From: an uncultured delta proteobacterium
GTDB lineage: Bacteria; Bdellovibrionota; FAC87; UBA2466
Assembly: GCA_963778115.1 (NCBI GenBank)
Contig: CAVZSV010000004.1
Span: 448,001-512,000 of the forward strand
Length of the DNA: 64,000 nt
Direction: 5' to 3'
A program made the translations under genes and the position numbers. Shown here one piece after another: positions 19,541 through 30,074 of the stretch (within the stretch, counting starts at the first letter, position 1; every line of letters starts with the position of its first letter). The notes under the pieces are model-generated. The model was not told the DNA's origin. It searched no databases and saw nothing but the letters and a program-made list of their open reading frames with translations.

Positions 19541-20185
19541 ATGAACGGCAAAATGTTCGGCAAAATGAATAGCAAGATGAACGCTCCTTTTGCGTTTTTG
19601 ATTTTCGTCGCTCTGGGAGTTCTTATCGGCTGCGGGAAATCCCAAAGCGTATCGAATAGCCCGGCAACTCCCCATGGCGATGGCTCTGGCGGGAGTGGAA
19701 GTCCCACATCCCAAACGTTTGATTACACTCTTACCTTTCCCGTAACTGGTTTATCGGCGGGAATGAAGTTTCTAAGGACGCCAAAATCCAAAATCAATTC
19801 CCCTTTCACCGTTCGATTCTGGAAGACACAGCAAGGCAACGCGCAAACCGGCCCGTTCATCGATCCCGGCTACCCTTTGGTGTCCGCCGAATTACAAAAG
19901 CCCACGGAACAAGACTCCATTTTTCTATGGATGGATTCCATGGGACATGGTTCAGATCCGGTAGTAGTCACGCGCGTTGTTGACAGCTCCGGAGTCAGCT
20001 TTCCGGTTGACCACGTGATTTTTAAAATGGTAGGCCCGTGGGAGATAAAGATTCAACTTCACCAGTACAACGTGGATCCTCAAACTGGGAAAAAACTGAT
20101 TGTTGTCGTTAATGACCCCCAAAGTGGAAAACCGGAGGCCGCTGTAGTGGATGCCGCGCAATTTAACCATGTTCAGAAGCAGTAG
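19541..20185 (+). CDS. Lipoprotein with YtkA/FixH-like domain
   Basis: Lipobox LIGC; LWMDSMGHGS and FKMVGPWEI motifs. True start may be a downstream ATG. Confidence 0.7.
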   Translation: MNGKMFGKMNSKMNAPFAFLIFVALGVLIGCGKSQSVSNSPATPHGDGSGGSGSPTSQTFDYTLTFPVTGLSAGMKFLRTPKSKINSPFTVRFWKTQQGNAQTGPFIDPGYPLVSAELQKPTEQDSIFLWMDSMGHGSDPVVVTRVVDSSGVSFPVDHVIFKMVGPWEIKIQLHQYNVDPQTGKKLIVVVNDPQSGKPEAAVVDAAQFNHVQKQ

Positions 20186-21119
20186 AGACCTTTACTTATT
20201 ATTTCTTTTAACGCTGCTAGTACCACTTCTGGTTTCCGCTCCAAGTAGTGCCGCCCCCTGTTGCGGAGGGAGTTCACTATTGCCGTCCATCATCACCGCA
20301 GATGATTCGGCCATGGTGAGTATCACCACCACACAAGACGCCGTTCGCGATGACGTGCTCCCCGACGGAACGATCTATCCCAGGGCGGACGGCGATTCCG
20401 AGTGGACACAAACGCTTAAACTCTCCGGAGCCTACCGGTTTCTCGACAGATTTCAGGCCGGAGCCGATATCCCTTTGGTGCGACGTTACCTAAGTGTCTC
20501 AGGTCAAAGTGCAAATGCTTTGGGAGTCGGTGATATCGCCTTTAACGCCGCGTACGAAGTCCTTCCTGAATATTCCTATTCCGTCTGGAAGCCCAAAGTG
20601 TTTCTCTTCACGCGCTGGCTCCTTCCCACGGGCAGATCCATTTACGAGGCCACCGATCCGCTGGGAACCGATATCTTTGGACGAGGGTTTCACGAACTTT
20701 CCCTAGGAACGGTAATCACTAAAACGTGGGGAGGTTTTGATTTTCTTGTCGAAGCCGAAGCCCACTGGACTTTGGCACGAACCTTTGTCGACAACACGGG
20801 AATCACCACCGATTTCCATTCGACCTGGGGATATTCGGCCCTTCTTGCCGCAGGCTACAGCCCGGGGAAAGGGGCCTTTCGCATAGGTGCCAGCCTTTCT
20901 CCCGTCTTTGACGCTTCACGAATTTTCGACAGTGCCGGATCTATAGGGACGACCGATAGCCAACTCGCTTGGGCTCTGGGCCTTCAGGCCTCATATAAAT
21001 GGAGCGATGAATGGTCCTCAACCATTGCCTATGCCGATCAGACGCTCTTTGGAAGCTCACACAACGTCACCCTAAGCAAAACGATTAGCCTAATCATTTT
21101 AAGACGTTTCCCTATGTAA
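20151..21119 (+). CDS. Outer-membrane beta-barrel (transporter-like) with N-terminal CC motif
   Basis: Signal peptide then AAPCCGG; amphipathic strands (GADIPLV, GVGDI, LPTGRS). Confidence 0.7.
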   Translation: MPRNLTMFRSSRDLYLLFLLTLLVPLLVSAPSSAAPCCGGSSLLPSIITADDSAMVSITTTQDAVRDDVLPDGTIYPRADGDSEWTQTLKLSGAYRFLDRFQAGADIPLVRRYLSVSGQSANALGVGDIAFNAAYEVLPEYSYSVWKPKVFLFTRWLLPTGRSIYEATDPLGTDIFGRGFHELSLGTVITKTWGGFDFLVEAEAHWTLARTFVDNTGITTDFHSTWGYSALLAAGYSPGKGAFRIGASLSPVFDASRIFDSAGSIGTTDSQLAWALGLQASYKWSDEWSSTIAYADQTLFGSSHNVTLSKTISLIILRRFPM

Positions 21120-21164
21120 GCTCGTTTCTCAATACCCTTTTTGGCTCAAATCAGGTAATAGGGA

Positions 21165-21668
21165 ATGCTTATGCACCACAATCCCGATAAGCCCTTGGTC
21201 GCGATTATTATGGGGAGCCGCTCGGACTGGGAAACCTTAAGAGCTGCCGAAGAAATATTGGTCCAGTTTGAAGTACCCCACGAAAGTGCCATCGTTTCGG
21301 CTCACCGCACTCCCGAACACATGACCAAATTCGCCAAGGAGGCGGAGGGTCGCGGGATTCAGGTCATCATTGCGGGAGCCGGAGGTGCGGCCCACCTTCC
21401 TGGTATGGTCGCTGCCCAAACGGTCATTCCGGTACTTGGGGTTCCTGTCGAGAGCCAGATGCTACGCGGATTGGATTCGCTATTGTCGATAGTCCAAATG
21501 CCAGGAGGAATTCCCGTGGGAACTTTAGCCATCGGAAAAGCGGGAGCCACTAACGCTGCCTTGCTTGCTATCGCCATTCTTGCTAACGGACGTCCCGAGC
21601 TCCGAGAAAAACTACATGCCTATCGCGCTAGCCAGACCGAACGGGTATTGAAGGACCAGCTAAAGTGA
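21165..21668 (+). CDS. purE: N5-CAIR mutase
   Basis: [36 protein letters not shown]. Confidence 0.98.
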   Translation: MLMHHNPDKPLVAIIMGSRSDWETLRAAEEILVQFEVPHESAIVSAHRTPEHMTKFAKEAEGRGIQVIIAGAGGAAHLPGMVAAQTVIPVLGVPVESQMLRGLDSLLSIVQMPGGIPVGTLAIGKAGATNAALLAIAILANGRPELREKLHAYRASQTERVLKDQLK

Positions 21669-22816
21669 TTTTGCCCGGTTCGAAGATCGGTGTGATGGGA
21701 AGCGGGCAACTAGGACGTATGTTTGCCATCGCAGCCCATCGCATGGGTTATCGCGTATCTACTTACTCCCCGGAGAAAGATACTCCGATGGGGCTTACGG
21801 TCGAAAACGAAATAGTCGGAGCCTACGATGATCTTAAAGCCATCGAAACGTTCGCCCGATCGGTCGATGTGGTTACTTTCGAATTCGAAAATATTCCAGC
21901 AGGGTCCGTCGAGTGCGCTTGCGCCGTTGTTCCGGTGAGGCCCGGAGTGAAATCACTTTATATCGCTCAACACCGCACGCGCGAAAAATCGTTTCTAACG
22001 GAAAAAGGGTATCCCACCATCCCTTACCGGCGAGTCACTTCACTCCCCGAGTTACAGACTGCCATAGACATTTTGGGTCTGCCCGTAGTGCTTAAGACCG
22101 CTGGAATGGGATACGACGGTAAAGGCCAAGTGAAGATAGAAAAAAAGGAGCAGGCCGAATCGGCCCTTGCAAAACTAGGTGCGGGTGAGGCGATCGCCGA
22201 AGCTTGGGTCAGTTACTCCGCGGAAGCTTCGGTTATTGGAGCGCGCACCGCCAACGGTGATTTTTCGCATTGGGGCCTTATCGAGAATCAACACCGCAAC
22301 CATATTCTAGATATTTCGATTCTTCCCTCCCCCTTTGCTGAATCTTTGGCTAATGAGGCTATTGAGATCACTCGCCAACTGATGTCCGATTTGGAAATGG
22401 TGGGGCTTTTATGCGTGGAATTTTTTATTACCGAACAAGGAAAGCTCCTCGTTAACGAGTTGGCCCCGAGGCCCCACAATTCGGGCCATCTGACCATCGA
22501 TGCCAACTACACCAGCCAATTCGAACAACAGGTGCGAGCTATTTGCGATCTCCCTTTGGGAGACACCGGGCTAATCGTTCCGGGTGCCGCTATGGCGAAT
22601 CTTTTGGGAGAGGTCTGGGATAACGGCGAGCCTGGATGGAGTGAGGTCCTAAAGATTCCTCATCTTAAGCTTCACCTCTATGGCAAATCACAAGCACGGC
22701 CCGGGCGCAAGATGGGGCATCTTACGGTATTGGGGAAAAGTGGTCCTGAAGCGGCGAAGATAGCAAAAGCGGCGAGAGAGAGGCTCGCCGGAGCTTCTCT
22801 AACTCGTCGACAATGA
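21665..22816 (+). CDS. purK: N5-CAIR synthetase
   Basis: [39 protein letters not shown]; coupled to purE. Confidence 0.98.
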   Translation: MILPGSKIGVMGSGQLGRMFAIAAHRMGYRVSTYSPEKDTPMGLTVENEIVGAYDDLKAIETFARSVDVVTFEFENIPAGSVECACAVVPVRPGVKSLYIAQHRTREKSFLTEKGYPTIPYRRVTSLPELQTAIDILGLPVVLKTAGMGYDGKGQVKIEKKEQAESALAKLGAGEAIAEAWVSYSAEASVIGARTANGDFSHWGLIENQHRNHILDISILPSPFAESLANEAIEITRQLMSDLEMVGLLCVEFFITEQGKLLVNELAPRPHNSGHLTIDANYTSQFEQQVRAICDLPLGDTGLIVPGAAMANLLGEVWDNGEPGWSEVLKIPHLKLHLYGKSQARPGRKMGHLTVLGKSGPEAAKIAKAARERLAGASLTRRQ

Positions 22817-23735
22817 TACTTTCGCCTCGAATTCCCATCACCTCGTTAATTTGTGGAACCGCCGAGGGGCATGTGATGTTTACCTCAGTGAGAAAATCTC
22901 CGATGAAATCAAGCCCCAGCAGATAGATCCCTTGGGGACAAAGATCTTTGGCTACGATGCGACTCGCTTCAATCTGCTTGGGACTGGGATCCCAGCGATG
23001 GGCGCTCCCTCCCTGGTGCAGATTAGCCAGCCTGCTTCCTGGCTTTGGCTTTCGCATCACCCAGCCCACCAATTGGTGATTCATTACCAAGATGCGCAAG
23101 TCTCCCGAATGGGTAACCTCTTCTAAGTAAGGCTGCACGATGACTTGCGGTTGCCATTTTTGCCAATAAGCTTTGAGATTTCTCTGTTGCTCGTCGCGAG
23201 AAAAAAATTCGATCCCCTTTCCTGAAAAAAGATGCATGGGCTTGGCGACGGATTCCCTAGGTTGCGAACGGACCGCCTGCTGAAACTCGTCAAAAGACTG
23301 GCAAAGAAATGTGGGAACTCCAAATTCCGGATAACGCTGCGGCAACAGATGTTCGCAGTATCGCCAGGTCACGTCGGGATGGTTCATCTGGATAATGCAG
23401 GACGGAGCTAAAGCAAAGTGTTGGGCATGGCCTCTATAGACGTCATCCACGGGGGGATCTTTACGCTGCAAAATAGCCGCGTATTCCGTGACGTCGGCAA
23501 TTCGAGCTTGACCCAGCCGAAAGGAATTTGGCTTTTCAGGATCCACTGAGAGAAGGGGTGAAACGGGCAGAGTCGCCAGATATCGGGCCGAGTTTTCTCT
23601 CCAATCTTTTCGGGAGAGGTCCAAATAGTCGACGGGAATTCCCCTCCGACAGAGTTCGGCGGCCAAGAGTACGCCGGTGTCCAGGCCCCGTTGAAATGTA
23701 GATATAGCCTCGCCGGCAATAAGATATTTAACCAC
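22722..23735 (-). CDS. gshB: Glutathione synthetase (ATP-grasp)
   Basis: RKDPPVD, GDLRIL, ANLHQGG, GLDFIG, EVNITCP; start placed at GTG 23735. 3' end overlaps convergent purK. Confidence 0.85.
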   Translation of the reverse strand: MVKYLIAGEAISTFQRGLDTGVLLAAELCRRGIPVDYLDLSRKDWRENSARYLATLPVSPLLSVDPEKPNSFRLGQARIADVTEYAAILQRKDPPVDDVYRGHAQHFALAPSCIIQMNHPDVTWRYCEHLLPQRYPEFGVPTFLCQSFDEFQQAVRSQPRESVAKPMHLFSGKGIEFFSRDEQQRNLKAYWQKWQPQVIVQPYLEEVTHSGDLRILVMNHQLVGWVMRKPKPGSRLANLHQGGSAHRWDPSPKQIEASRIVAKDLCPQGIYLLGLDFIGDFLTEVNITCPSAVPQINEVMGIRGESIIVDELEKLRRASLSPLLLSSPLQDHFSPIP

Positions 23736-23791
23736 GCATCCCCCCAACCCTGGGTAGGAAAGTACCATAAATCGCTTGGGTGCGGCTTTTT

Positions 23792-23828
23792 GATTAAGAT
23801 TAAATTTAAGTTTAAGATTAAGATTAAG
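23792..23828. repeat. Hexamer tandem repeat (WTTAAR)x6
   Basis: ATTAAG ATTAAA TTTAAG TTTAAG ATTAAG ATTAAG directly before AAGGAGGTG. Confidence 0.7.
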
Positions 23829-23831
23829 GAG

Positions 23832-24782
23832 GTGACACCCTACTACCTACTCGAAGTCCTAGTCCAACTCCTATGGAGTGCAACACCCAGTTTCTCAAAC
23901 CATGTCATCCACTACCTCCCCGTAGAGTGGTACATCGCTATCCGATGGACCCTATCGGGTTCGATCTTGCTAGTACTCGCCCGAGTTAAAGGCTTCCGCC
24001 CTCCCACCCTTTCCGAAATCCTACGGCTCGCTCCTATTGGAGTCTTGGGTTACGCAATCGCTTCGTACGGAACGTTGTACGGTTTGAAATGGGGAGGGGT
24101 CGTCACCTTTGCCCTGCTTAGTGCGGTCAATCCGGTGCTGCAATCTGGTTTTTCGATCGTGATGTTAAAAGAAAAACCGAAACCCCTTTTTTCGGTAGCG
24201 GCAAGTTTGTGCGTGCTGGGATTAGTCTTTCTAGTTTTAGGTAAATACCGTTTGTCGGACGCGAGAGTTACCTTTGCAGCCACATCGGCCGTTTTTTTGG
24301 CCTATGCGTGTGAAGGAATTGCCTTTGTGGGATCAAAACGTTTTCGTAATTCACTCTGCCTTCCTTATTATCTGGCCATTACCGAACTTGCGGCAGCGCT
24401 CTTTGCCTGGATCACGATCCCTTTTCAATCTTCTGCCGTTCCCCATTGGAGAGCCCTTCCCATTTCACTTTGGGCCGCAGTCCTTTTTGTTTCCGTAGTG
24501 TCGTGCGTGATCTGCTACGGAACTCACTATTGGCTACTCACTCGTATTGAGGGGCACCGGCTGGCACTCTTTGAAAGCCTGCATTCGGTCTTTGCAGCTG
24601 TACTAGGATTTTTTCTTTTTCACGAGAGGCTTCATCCAGCGATGTTCCTTGGAGGAGCACTCTTAGTTGCCGGCCTTTATCTCAATACGAGTGCCCCCAA
24701 AGATGGCAATGATTTGAGCAACTCGGTAAGCCCTCCCTCTAATAAAGGGCTAAGACGAATACGCTTTCAAGCAAAGTCATAG
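23832..24782 (+). CDS. EamA/DMT family transporter (start uncertain)
   Basis: About 10 TM helices in two EamA-like repeats (LLWS, AIRW, NPV, LKEK, LFHER). Confidence 0.88.
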   Translation: MTPYYLLEVLVQLLWSATPSFSNHVIHYLPVEWYIAIRWTLSGSILLVLARVKGFRPPTLSEILRLAPIGVLGYAIASYGTLYGLKWGGVVTFALLSAVNPVLQSGFSIVMLKEKPKPLFSVAASLCVLGLVFLVLGKYRLSDARVTFAATSAVFLAYACEGIAFVGSKRFRNSLCLPYYLAITELAAALFAWITIPFQSSAVPHWRALPISLWAAVLFVSVVSCVICYGTHYWLLTRIEGHRLALFESLHSVFAAVLGFFLFHERLHPAMFLGGALLVAGLYLNTSAPKDGNDLSNSVSPPSNKGLRRIRFQAKS

Positions 24783-24965
24783 TTGTAAAAGAGCCGCCAT
24801 TGCTTTGCCAGTCGAAAAAAAAACACAGTAACGCAGTGTTAGTGGCTTCCTTGGTACTGCTGACCATTTTATCCACAGCTTTAAGGGGCTCCCACCCACG
24901 GCAAAGCTGGTCTACAAACTGCATCAAAAAGACTCTGCCTCCGGATCTGCCGAAAGGTGGAATCC

Positions 24966-26423
24966 ATGATTCGACGCTTTGTCGTTGGCCCCCTAATCGC
25001 GCTTCCTTGGATCCTCTATGTTAGCTGTAGCGGCCCCGCTCTTCAGATGGCAGGCGCAGATCAAATCGGTCCTGTGACCGCCAATCAGGCGTTGCTAGTG
25101 AGTTCGGTCGGGAGCTCCTATAACTTTGGCGTTATCGGTGTGAATAGTGGGGTATCAGTACAAATAAATATTTTTAATACCGGGGGAGTCACAGCGAATA
25201 ACGTAGCGCCTTCCTTGGCAGCAAGCTCCACGTTTACTTTGGGATCTTCTACGTGCGGGACTTCACTAGCCCCAAGTTCCAATTGCAGTCTGACACTTCA
25301 ATTTACGGCGACCACGGCAACGTCCACTTCGGGCGCTCTATCATTAAGTTACCTCAACGGGCAGACAACCATTCCACAAATATTGTCCATCGCTCTTAGT
25401 GGTACCGGCTCTTCTCAAGGAGTAGGCCATCTGAGTCTTGCGGGAGAGGAAACGGCTGTAAATTTCGGGTCAGTCCCCGTGGGAACTCAAGTTCAAATGC
25501 CCGTGGTTATCACTAGCGATGGAACCGTTGGCATTACGGCGCTTACTATCGGGACATTTCCCGTGGGGGGAAATTTCACTTATGGAACTCCAACGGCCGC
25601 GACAACACCCGCGGCCTGTGTTCAAGGGGGAACGCTAGCCCCACAAAGTAGCTGCACACTGCTTGTTAATTTCACGGCTCCTCCCGTCGTCCCTAACCCC
25701 GCTCAGATCATCGCGACAACCTCGATTGGATACGATGGAACGTCGAGCTACTTGCCGCTCACTGTATTTGCGACAGTCATCGCGGGAGGTGGTGGAGGGA
25801 CTAGTGGTACTTGCCTCTCCCAGTCCACCTCTTCGCTGTATATTCCTGCTACCGCAAGGCCCGTAATGGACCATGGGCAGGGATTTTTGAGTTGCTTCGT
25901 AAACGGAGTTCTCACCACCGATCAAAACGCCGTTTCCTCAAACAGCCCTCCTTACTATCCCTGCGGATTCAACAACTGGGGCTACCGCAATGGAAACCAA
26001 AGCCAGTACAGCGTCGATCAAAGTCTTGCTGGAAATAGCCAGCCCGTTTTACTAGCCAGCGTCTCGCCGGGCCAGGTACTTTACGTTAATTACCTGGGTG
26101 GAACCGCTTACGGAGTCGCGGGTAGTAGCGGTGCTAATTGTGCCAAGGTTTCTAGTTCAAACATTTCTAACGGAATGCCCACTTTGCAGTTTGTAAATGC
26201 CAGCGGCAATGTGGTTGCGATTCACCCAAGAACGGGTGCACAGGCCCCCAACGACAATAACGCTATCCCGGCCTACTCCCTCGTTACGAACTATATCGTA
26301 GTCCCCTCGGGCGCGGTTGCTATCTATGGTAGCTGGCCCGATAACGTTTACAGCGACAACAGCGGAGGCTGCTCCCTAGAGCTGACCGAGGCAACCGATC
26401 CCAGTTGCATTCCCGCAAATTAA
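24966..26423 (+). CDS. Surface lipoprotein with two ASH/choice-of-anchor-D-type Ig-like domains and a lectin-like C-terminus
   Basis: Signal with YVSC; repeats YNFG..CGTSLAPSSNCSLTLQF and NFGSV..C..GTLAPQSSCTLLVNF; C-terminal YSDNSG. Confidence 0.75.
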   Translation: MIRRFVVGPLIALPWILYVSCSGPALQMAGADQIGPVTANQALLVSSVGSSYNFGVIGVNSGVSVQINIFNTGGVTANNVAPSLAASSTFTLGSSTCGTSLAPSSNCSLTLQFTATTATSTSGALSLSYLNGQTTIPQILSIALSGTGSSQGVGHLSLAGEETAVNFGSVPVGTQVQMPVVITSDGTVGITALTIGTFPVGGNFTYGTPTAATTPAACVQGGTLAPQSSCTLLVNFTAPPVVPNPAQIIATTSIGYDGTSSYLPLTVFATVIAGGGGGTSGTCLSQSTSSLYIPATARPVMDHGQGFLSCFVNGVLTTDQNAVSSNSPPYYPCGFNNWGYRNGNQSQYSVDQSLAGNSQPVLLASVSPGQVLYVNYLGGTAYGVAGSSGANCAKVSSSNISNGMPTLQFVNASGNVVAIHPRTGAQAPNDNNAIPAYSLVTNYIVVPSGAVAIYGSWPDNVYSDNSGGCSLELTEATDPSCIPAN

Positions 26424-26425
26424 AT

Positions 26426-27442
26426 TTAGGGATACAAAATGTCGGAACGGTTTAGAAAGTTTTCGACAAACTCGACCTTCTCCTTTAGACGAGCCGAGGC
26501 GAGTTCCTTGCTAAGATCGTAAGTCTTTCCTTGGTTCGTAGTGAGTACGACTCGGGTCTTGTGGTACTTAAAGAGCAAGTAGAATCCAAAAGTGTCGGCC
26601 CAGTCCTCATAGGGATTTCTACCAGTATAGGTGTTTAAGAAATTGGTTTTCGTGAAAAGTTCGTCATAGATTTGGGGAATGAGGTCGCGGCTAAGTGCAC
26701 CCGTACAATTATAAAAACAGATGTCGGCCCGGTGAAAGTAATCGTTGCCTTGTTTAGGTGTCGAAAAGCTTGTCCAACTCAAAGCCCCCCAACTCCCCTC
26801 TTTGACATTCGAAAAGCCTGAATTGAGTTGGTTCGCAAAATCAAACAAGTGCCCAAATTCGTGCGCCACTACATCCCAAAGAAAGTCGTTTTTTACCTCC
26901 TGCGATTCAACGGTAAACGAAGGAAGATCCTCTTTCACGGCATAGGAGGTCAAAGACCCTCCAAAGGGAAGCTGCTCTTTCCAAGTCGCCCAAGCGCCCA
27001 AAGAGAGCTTCTCATCCAAAAGGGATTGTCTGATTCCAATGGCGTACGTATTGGGAACGGCGTAGGCCGTGGAATCGAGATTCTTTTCGATAAAGATTTT
27101 AGAAACAGAGCAAAACATCTTTTGTAATAGAGGAGGAAATTCATCGTAAAGCGTTTCAAAGACAGGAACATACTTAGCACTATCGGCAAGACACTCCCTT
27201 CCATAAGCAAGACCGGTGGAGTTGTCGTCGACCAGGCAAACCACTTTGGAAATGCGGTCCCGGCAGTCGTCATCGGTGAAGCGGGAATCAAAGATGGCCG
27301 GTGTTCTAACTTTGAGAGAACCGGGATCCATCCATACAATATCGTCGGTAAGATAGCGCATGCCGGGAAGTGTCGGCTTCGCGGCCAGAGCGTGAGTATT
27401 GAGAAAAAGAGTAACAGAGAAAACTAAAGACTTAAAAAGCAT
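26426..27442 (-). CDS. Secreted zinc metalloprotease-like protein
   Basis: Signal peptide (ALA); HEFGH followed by NPYEDWAD. Confidence 0.75.
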   Translation of the reverse strand: MLFKSLVFSVTLFLNTHALAAKPTLPGMRYLTDDIVWMDPGSLKVRTPAIFDSRFTDDDCRDRISKVVCLVDDNSTGLAYGRECLADSAKYVPVFETLYDEFPPLLQKMFCSVSKIFIEKNLDSTAYAVPNTYAIGIRQSLLDEKLSLGAWATWKEQLPFGGSLTSYAVKEDLPSFTVESQEVKNDFLWDVVAHEFGHLFDFANQLNSGFSNVKEGSWGALSWTSFSTPKQGNDYFHRADICFYNCTGALSRDLIPQIYDELFTKTNFLNTYTGRNPYEDWADTFGFYLLFKYHKTRVVLTTNQGKTYDLSKELASARLKEKVEFVENFLNRSDILYP

Positions 27443-27515
27443 GATCCCCCCAATGGGAGGAACCGTATCATAGGAAAAGTGATAACTCCACCCATCCTCC
27501 TCGCCCCCGGGCTTT

Positions 27516-27600
27516 TCGCAATGACAGACTTAACGACTGTCCTTGCGAGGAGCAGGAGCGGAGCGACTCGGCGAAGCAATCTCATTGCACGAGGATGAGC
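27516..27600. repeat. REP/RPE-like palindromic element
   Basis: TCGCAATGACAG..CTGTCCTTGCGAGGAGC..GCGACTCGGCGAAGCAATCTC matches the widespread GTCATTGCGAG..CGAAGCAATC repeat class. Confidence 0.7.
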
Positions 27601-27613
27601 CTACTAAAGAACA

Positions 27614-28465
27614 CTAGCCAACAACATGGTGGACTACAAATATCGCAGCTGCCAATCCCACGCAATAATACCCAAAATACTTCCAGCGGCCTTGCTCTAA
27701 CCAAGCAGAAAGCCAGCGCAGCGCAAAAAGTCCCACCACAAAACTGACCCCCATTCCTAATAATCCCGGCAATAAAACCGCCGAAGTGATTCCATTTCCT
27801 GATAGTGCTCCTTGGTGAGAAAGGCGCAGCACTTCACGCAAAATAACCGGCGGAGTCACAAGAACGGCAAGGGCAAAGCTAAAATCTTCGGAGGTCATTC
27901 GAGAGACTCCGAGTAACATTCCTGTCGATATCGTCGCTCCCGATCGGGAAAACCCCCGGAAAGGAAGACATAAACCTTGAACGCCGCCAATAACTATCGA
28001 TTGTTTTAAGGAGACCGACGTACTGCCGCCCACGACATCTTTGCGAGAGGAGATAAGAATGACTACTCCAGCCGCGAATAAAGAAGCGGCGATAAGATTC
28101 AAATTTCCAAATAAAGATTCAATTTCGTGAGGGCCAGGTCCCGAAAAGGCCATCTTTTCGATTACCGTCTTAAGCACTCCTCCCAAAACCCCCGTGGTCA
28201 CTGTAGCAGCCACGAGAGCTACGAGCAGCATCTTTCCGCCCCCTGAAGGGCGCCGAATCCATTCCAGCCAACGTTTGCGGAAATAAAAAAGGACGGCAAA
28301 CATCGTACCGCAGTGGAGCATCACCAGAAAAAAAGTCCCTTCGGGAGTCGTTGGGTCAAAGCCCAGAAATTTTCCAACCAAAATGACGTGAGCGGAACTG
28401 GATACCGGCAAAAGTTCTGCCGCCGCTTGCACGACTGCCAATAGGACCAAAGAAAATAGATTCAT
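27614..28465 (-). CDS. uppP: Undecaprenyl-diphosphate phosphatase
   Basis: VQAAAELLPVSSSAH and GFSRSGATI motifs; multi-TM. Confidence 0.95.
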   Translation of the reverse strand: MNLFSLVLLAVVQAAAELLPVSSSAHVILVGKFLGFDPTTPEGTFFLVMLHCGTMFAVLFYFRKRWLEWIRRPSGGGKMLLVALVAATVTTGVLGGVLKTVIEKMAFSGPGPHEIESLFGNLNLIAASLFAAGVVILISSRKDVVGGSTSVSLKQSIVIGGVQGLCLPFRGFSRSGATISTGMLLGVSRMTSEDFSFALAVLVTPPVILREVLRLSHQGALSGNGITSAVLLPGLLGMGVSFVVGLFALRWLSAWLEQGRWKYFGYYCVGLAAAIFVVHHVVG

Positions 28466-28517
28466 GTGGCATTAGGATCTCAATGCCGGGCTTTAACTGC
28501 AAGTGGAAAACTAAAGG

Positions 28518-28555
28518 AGCGGCCCTCATTCTCTTTTTCTAGAGAGAGGGCCGCT
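28518..28555 (-). terminator. Hairpin after the SYLF gene
   Basis: AGCGGCCCTC ... GAGGGCCGCT inverted repeat just past the stop codon. Confidence 0.6.
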
Positions 28556-28560
28556 TTATC

Positions 28561-29244
28561 TTATCGGGCGTACTGTTCGACGGTATTCACAAAGGGTTGA
28601 ACCACTTGTGGCGCCTGAAAACCTGGCGTATTGAGTATGGCCGCCGGTTGGGCGTAAGGACCATAAACCGCCGCATTTCTCTCGGGGCCTTGTGCTAGGA
28701 CCGTACCGTTTACCGTAATTCCCGCATAGAGCCCGCCAGCATGCGAGTAGGAAAGGACATGAGCCGTGGGAACCCAACCGGCTCCCGCACCTTCTCCGAG
28801 GGGACCCGCGGCGACACTAACATCGGTTCCTAATTGAAAGGTAGGCCGGGTCAAGATTTGCCGAGCATAATCGGTGACAAAGACAAGTACGGTATCCATC
28901 ACCTGAACCCCGATTTGCAGTCCAAAAGTTGCCCCTCCTACATTAAGAAAGGCAGGCTCGCTCCATCCTTGGGCCGTGCGACAACTGACTAGCCCCGTAC
29001 TTCCCTCTCCTCCAAAAATAAATCCCGCTTTAACTACTCTCATCGAAGCGATACAGCGGGCATTTTGAATCACGTAACTAGGAATGGGCTGCATCGAGGC
29101 CATTCGATCGGACAAGACTTCACTGGAAATCGCGACTCGCCTGTCGATCCTACCCGCAAGCCCCCCAAAAATTTCTGCTTGGGCCAAATGGGTGAACCCC
29201 AAGGCCAATACCGTCAATAACGAGACCACATGCTTTTTCATCAT
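28561..29244 (-). CDS. Exported Ysc84/SYLF lipid-binding domain protein
   Basis: KAGFIFGGEGSTG, WSEPAF, FGLQIG, SVAAGPLG, GLYAG; signal peptide. Confidence 0.92.
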   Translation of the reverse strand: MMKKHVVSLLTVLALGFTHLAQAEIFGGLAGRIDRRVAISSEVLSDRMASMQPIPSYVIQNARCIASMRVVKAGFIFGGEGSTGLVSCRTAQGWSEPAFLNVGGATFGLQIGVQVMDTVLVFVTDYARQILTRPTFQLGTDVSVAAGPLGEGAGAGWVPTAHVLSYSHAGGLYAGITVNGTVLAQGPERNAAVYGPYAQPAAILNTPGFQAPQVVQPFVNTVEQYAR

Positions 29245-29300
29245 TATCCCCTTTTTCTAAGAGGCCCCCCGCAGTGGCCATTGATTTGGGGAAGAGAGGT

Positions 29301-29317
29301 TGCATGCAGCATGCCAA
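29301..29317 (-). promoter_or_regulatory. Sigma54 promoter for the SYLF gene
   Basis: Minus strand TTGGCATGCTGCATGCA (GG-N10-GC), about 57 nt upstream of the start. Confidence 0.7.
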
Positions 29318-29394
29318 AAAAAGCCCGCACGACAGAGGGGATCAAGTGGTGCTATCTTGATCTTGATACCCAAACCGGTACCAAAAGAACCCTT

Positions 29395-30015
29395 ATGCCC
29401 AGCCATCCCATCACGTTAGCCTGGCAGGATTTGGAACTAGCCCTTCGCGACATCGTTCCTGATGTCTTTAAGAACCTGGAACCGGGGGCCAAAGAGTCCG
29501 ACTATTCCGCGGTGGAGCATCTCATCGGGTTTCGGCTGCCCGAAGATTTTAGAGAATTCTATAACCGGCATAACGGACACATCACCATTGAAGATATCGA
29601 TTATGAATTTCACGGGACGGATTATTTTCTATTCGCTTGTCATTTTTTCCCTCTCTATTTGCCCGATCGCGAAATCGACGACTTAGAAGACCTGGAACTC
29701 TGGGATTGCTCGGTCTTTGACATTATCGATCGCGGCATGGATCACATGACCCAACTCTTAGACGAAATGGAAATTGATGAAGCCATCAAACCTCTAAGCT
29801 GGAATATTAAGTGGATCCCCATCGCATGCACGCCTGAAGAGGACTATATTTGTGTCGATTACGATCCCAGCGATGAAGGGACAACGGGGCAAGTTATCTT
29901 CTGCAGGTACTCGCAATCGCAGATTCAAGTCATTGCCCCAAGCCTTGCCGAATTTCTGCTGCTTCAGGCCGAGGATCTCAAAAACGGCAATACGGTAGCC
30001 GATCCAAAGACATAA
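29395..30015 (+). CDS. SMI1/KNR4 (SUKH) family protein
   Basis: LEPGA, IGFRLPEDFREFY..HNG, WNIKWIPIA, DYDP..G..GQVI. Confidence 0.88.
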   Translation: MPSHPITLAWQDLELALRDIVPDVFKNLEPGAKESDYSAVEHLIGFRLPEDFREFYNRHNGHITIEDIDYEFHGTDYFLFACHFFPLYLPDREIDDLEDLELWDCSVFDIIDRGMDHMTQLLDEMEIDEAIKPLSWNIKWIPIACTPEEDYICVDYDPSDEGTTGQVIFCRYSQSQIQVIAPSLAEFLLLQAEDLKNGNTVADPKT

Positions 30016-30074
30016 CGCATCGCACCGCCAATTACCTTCTCAATTCCTTAGAATAGAAGTCGAAGGAGCCAAAC

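Noticed and set aside
22722..22816. Tail-to-tail overlaps (purK/gshB; also M16/HDAC at 5193-5230)
   Set aside because: They involve only non-conserved C-terminal tails, which is common in compact genomes.
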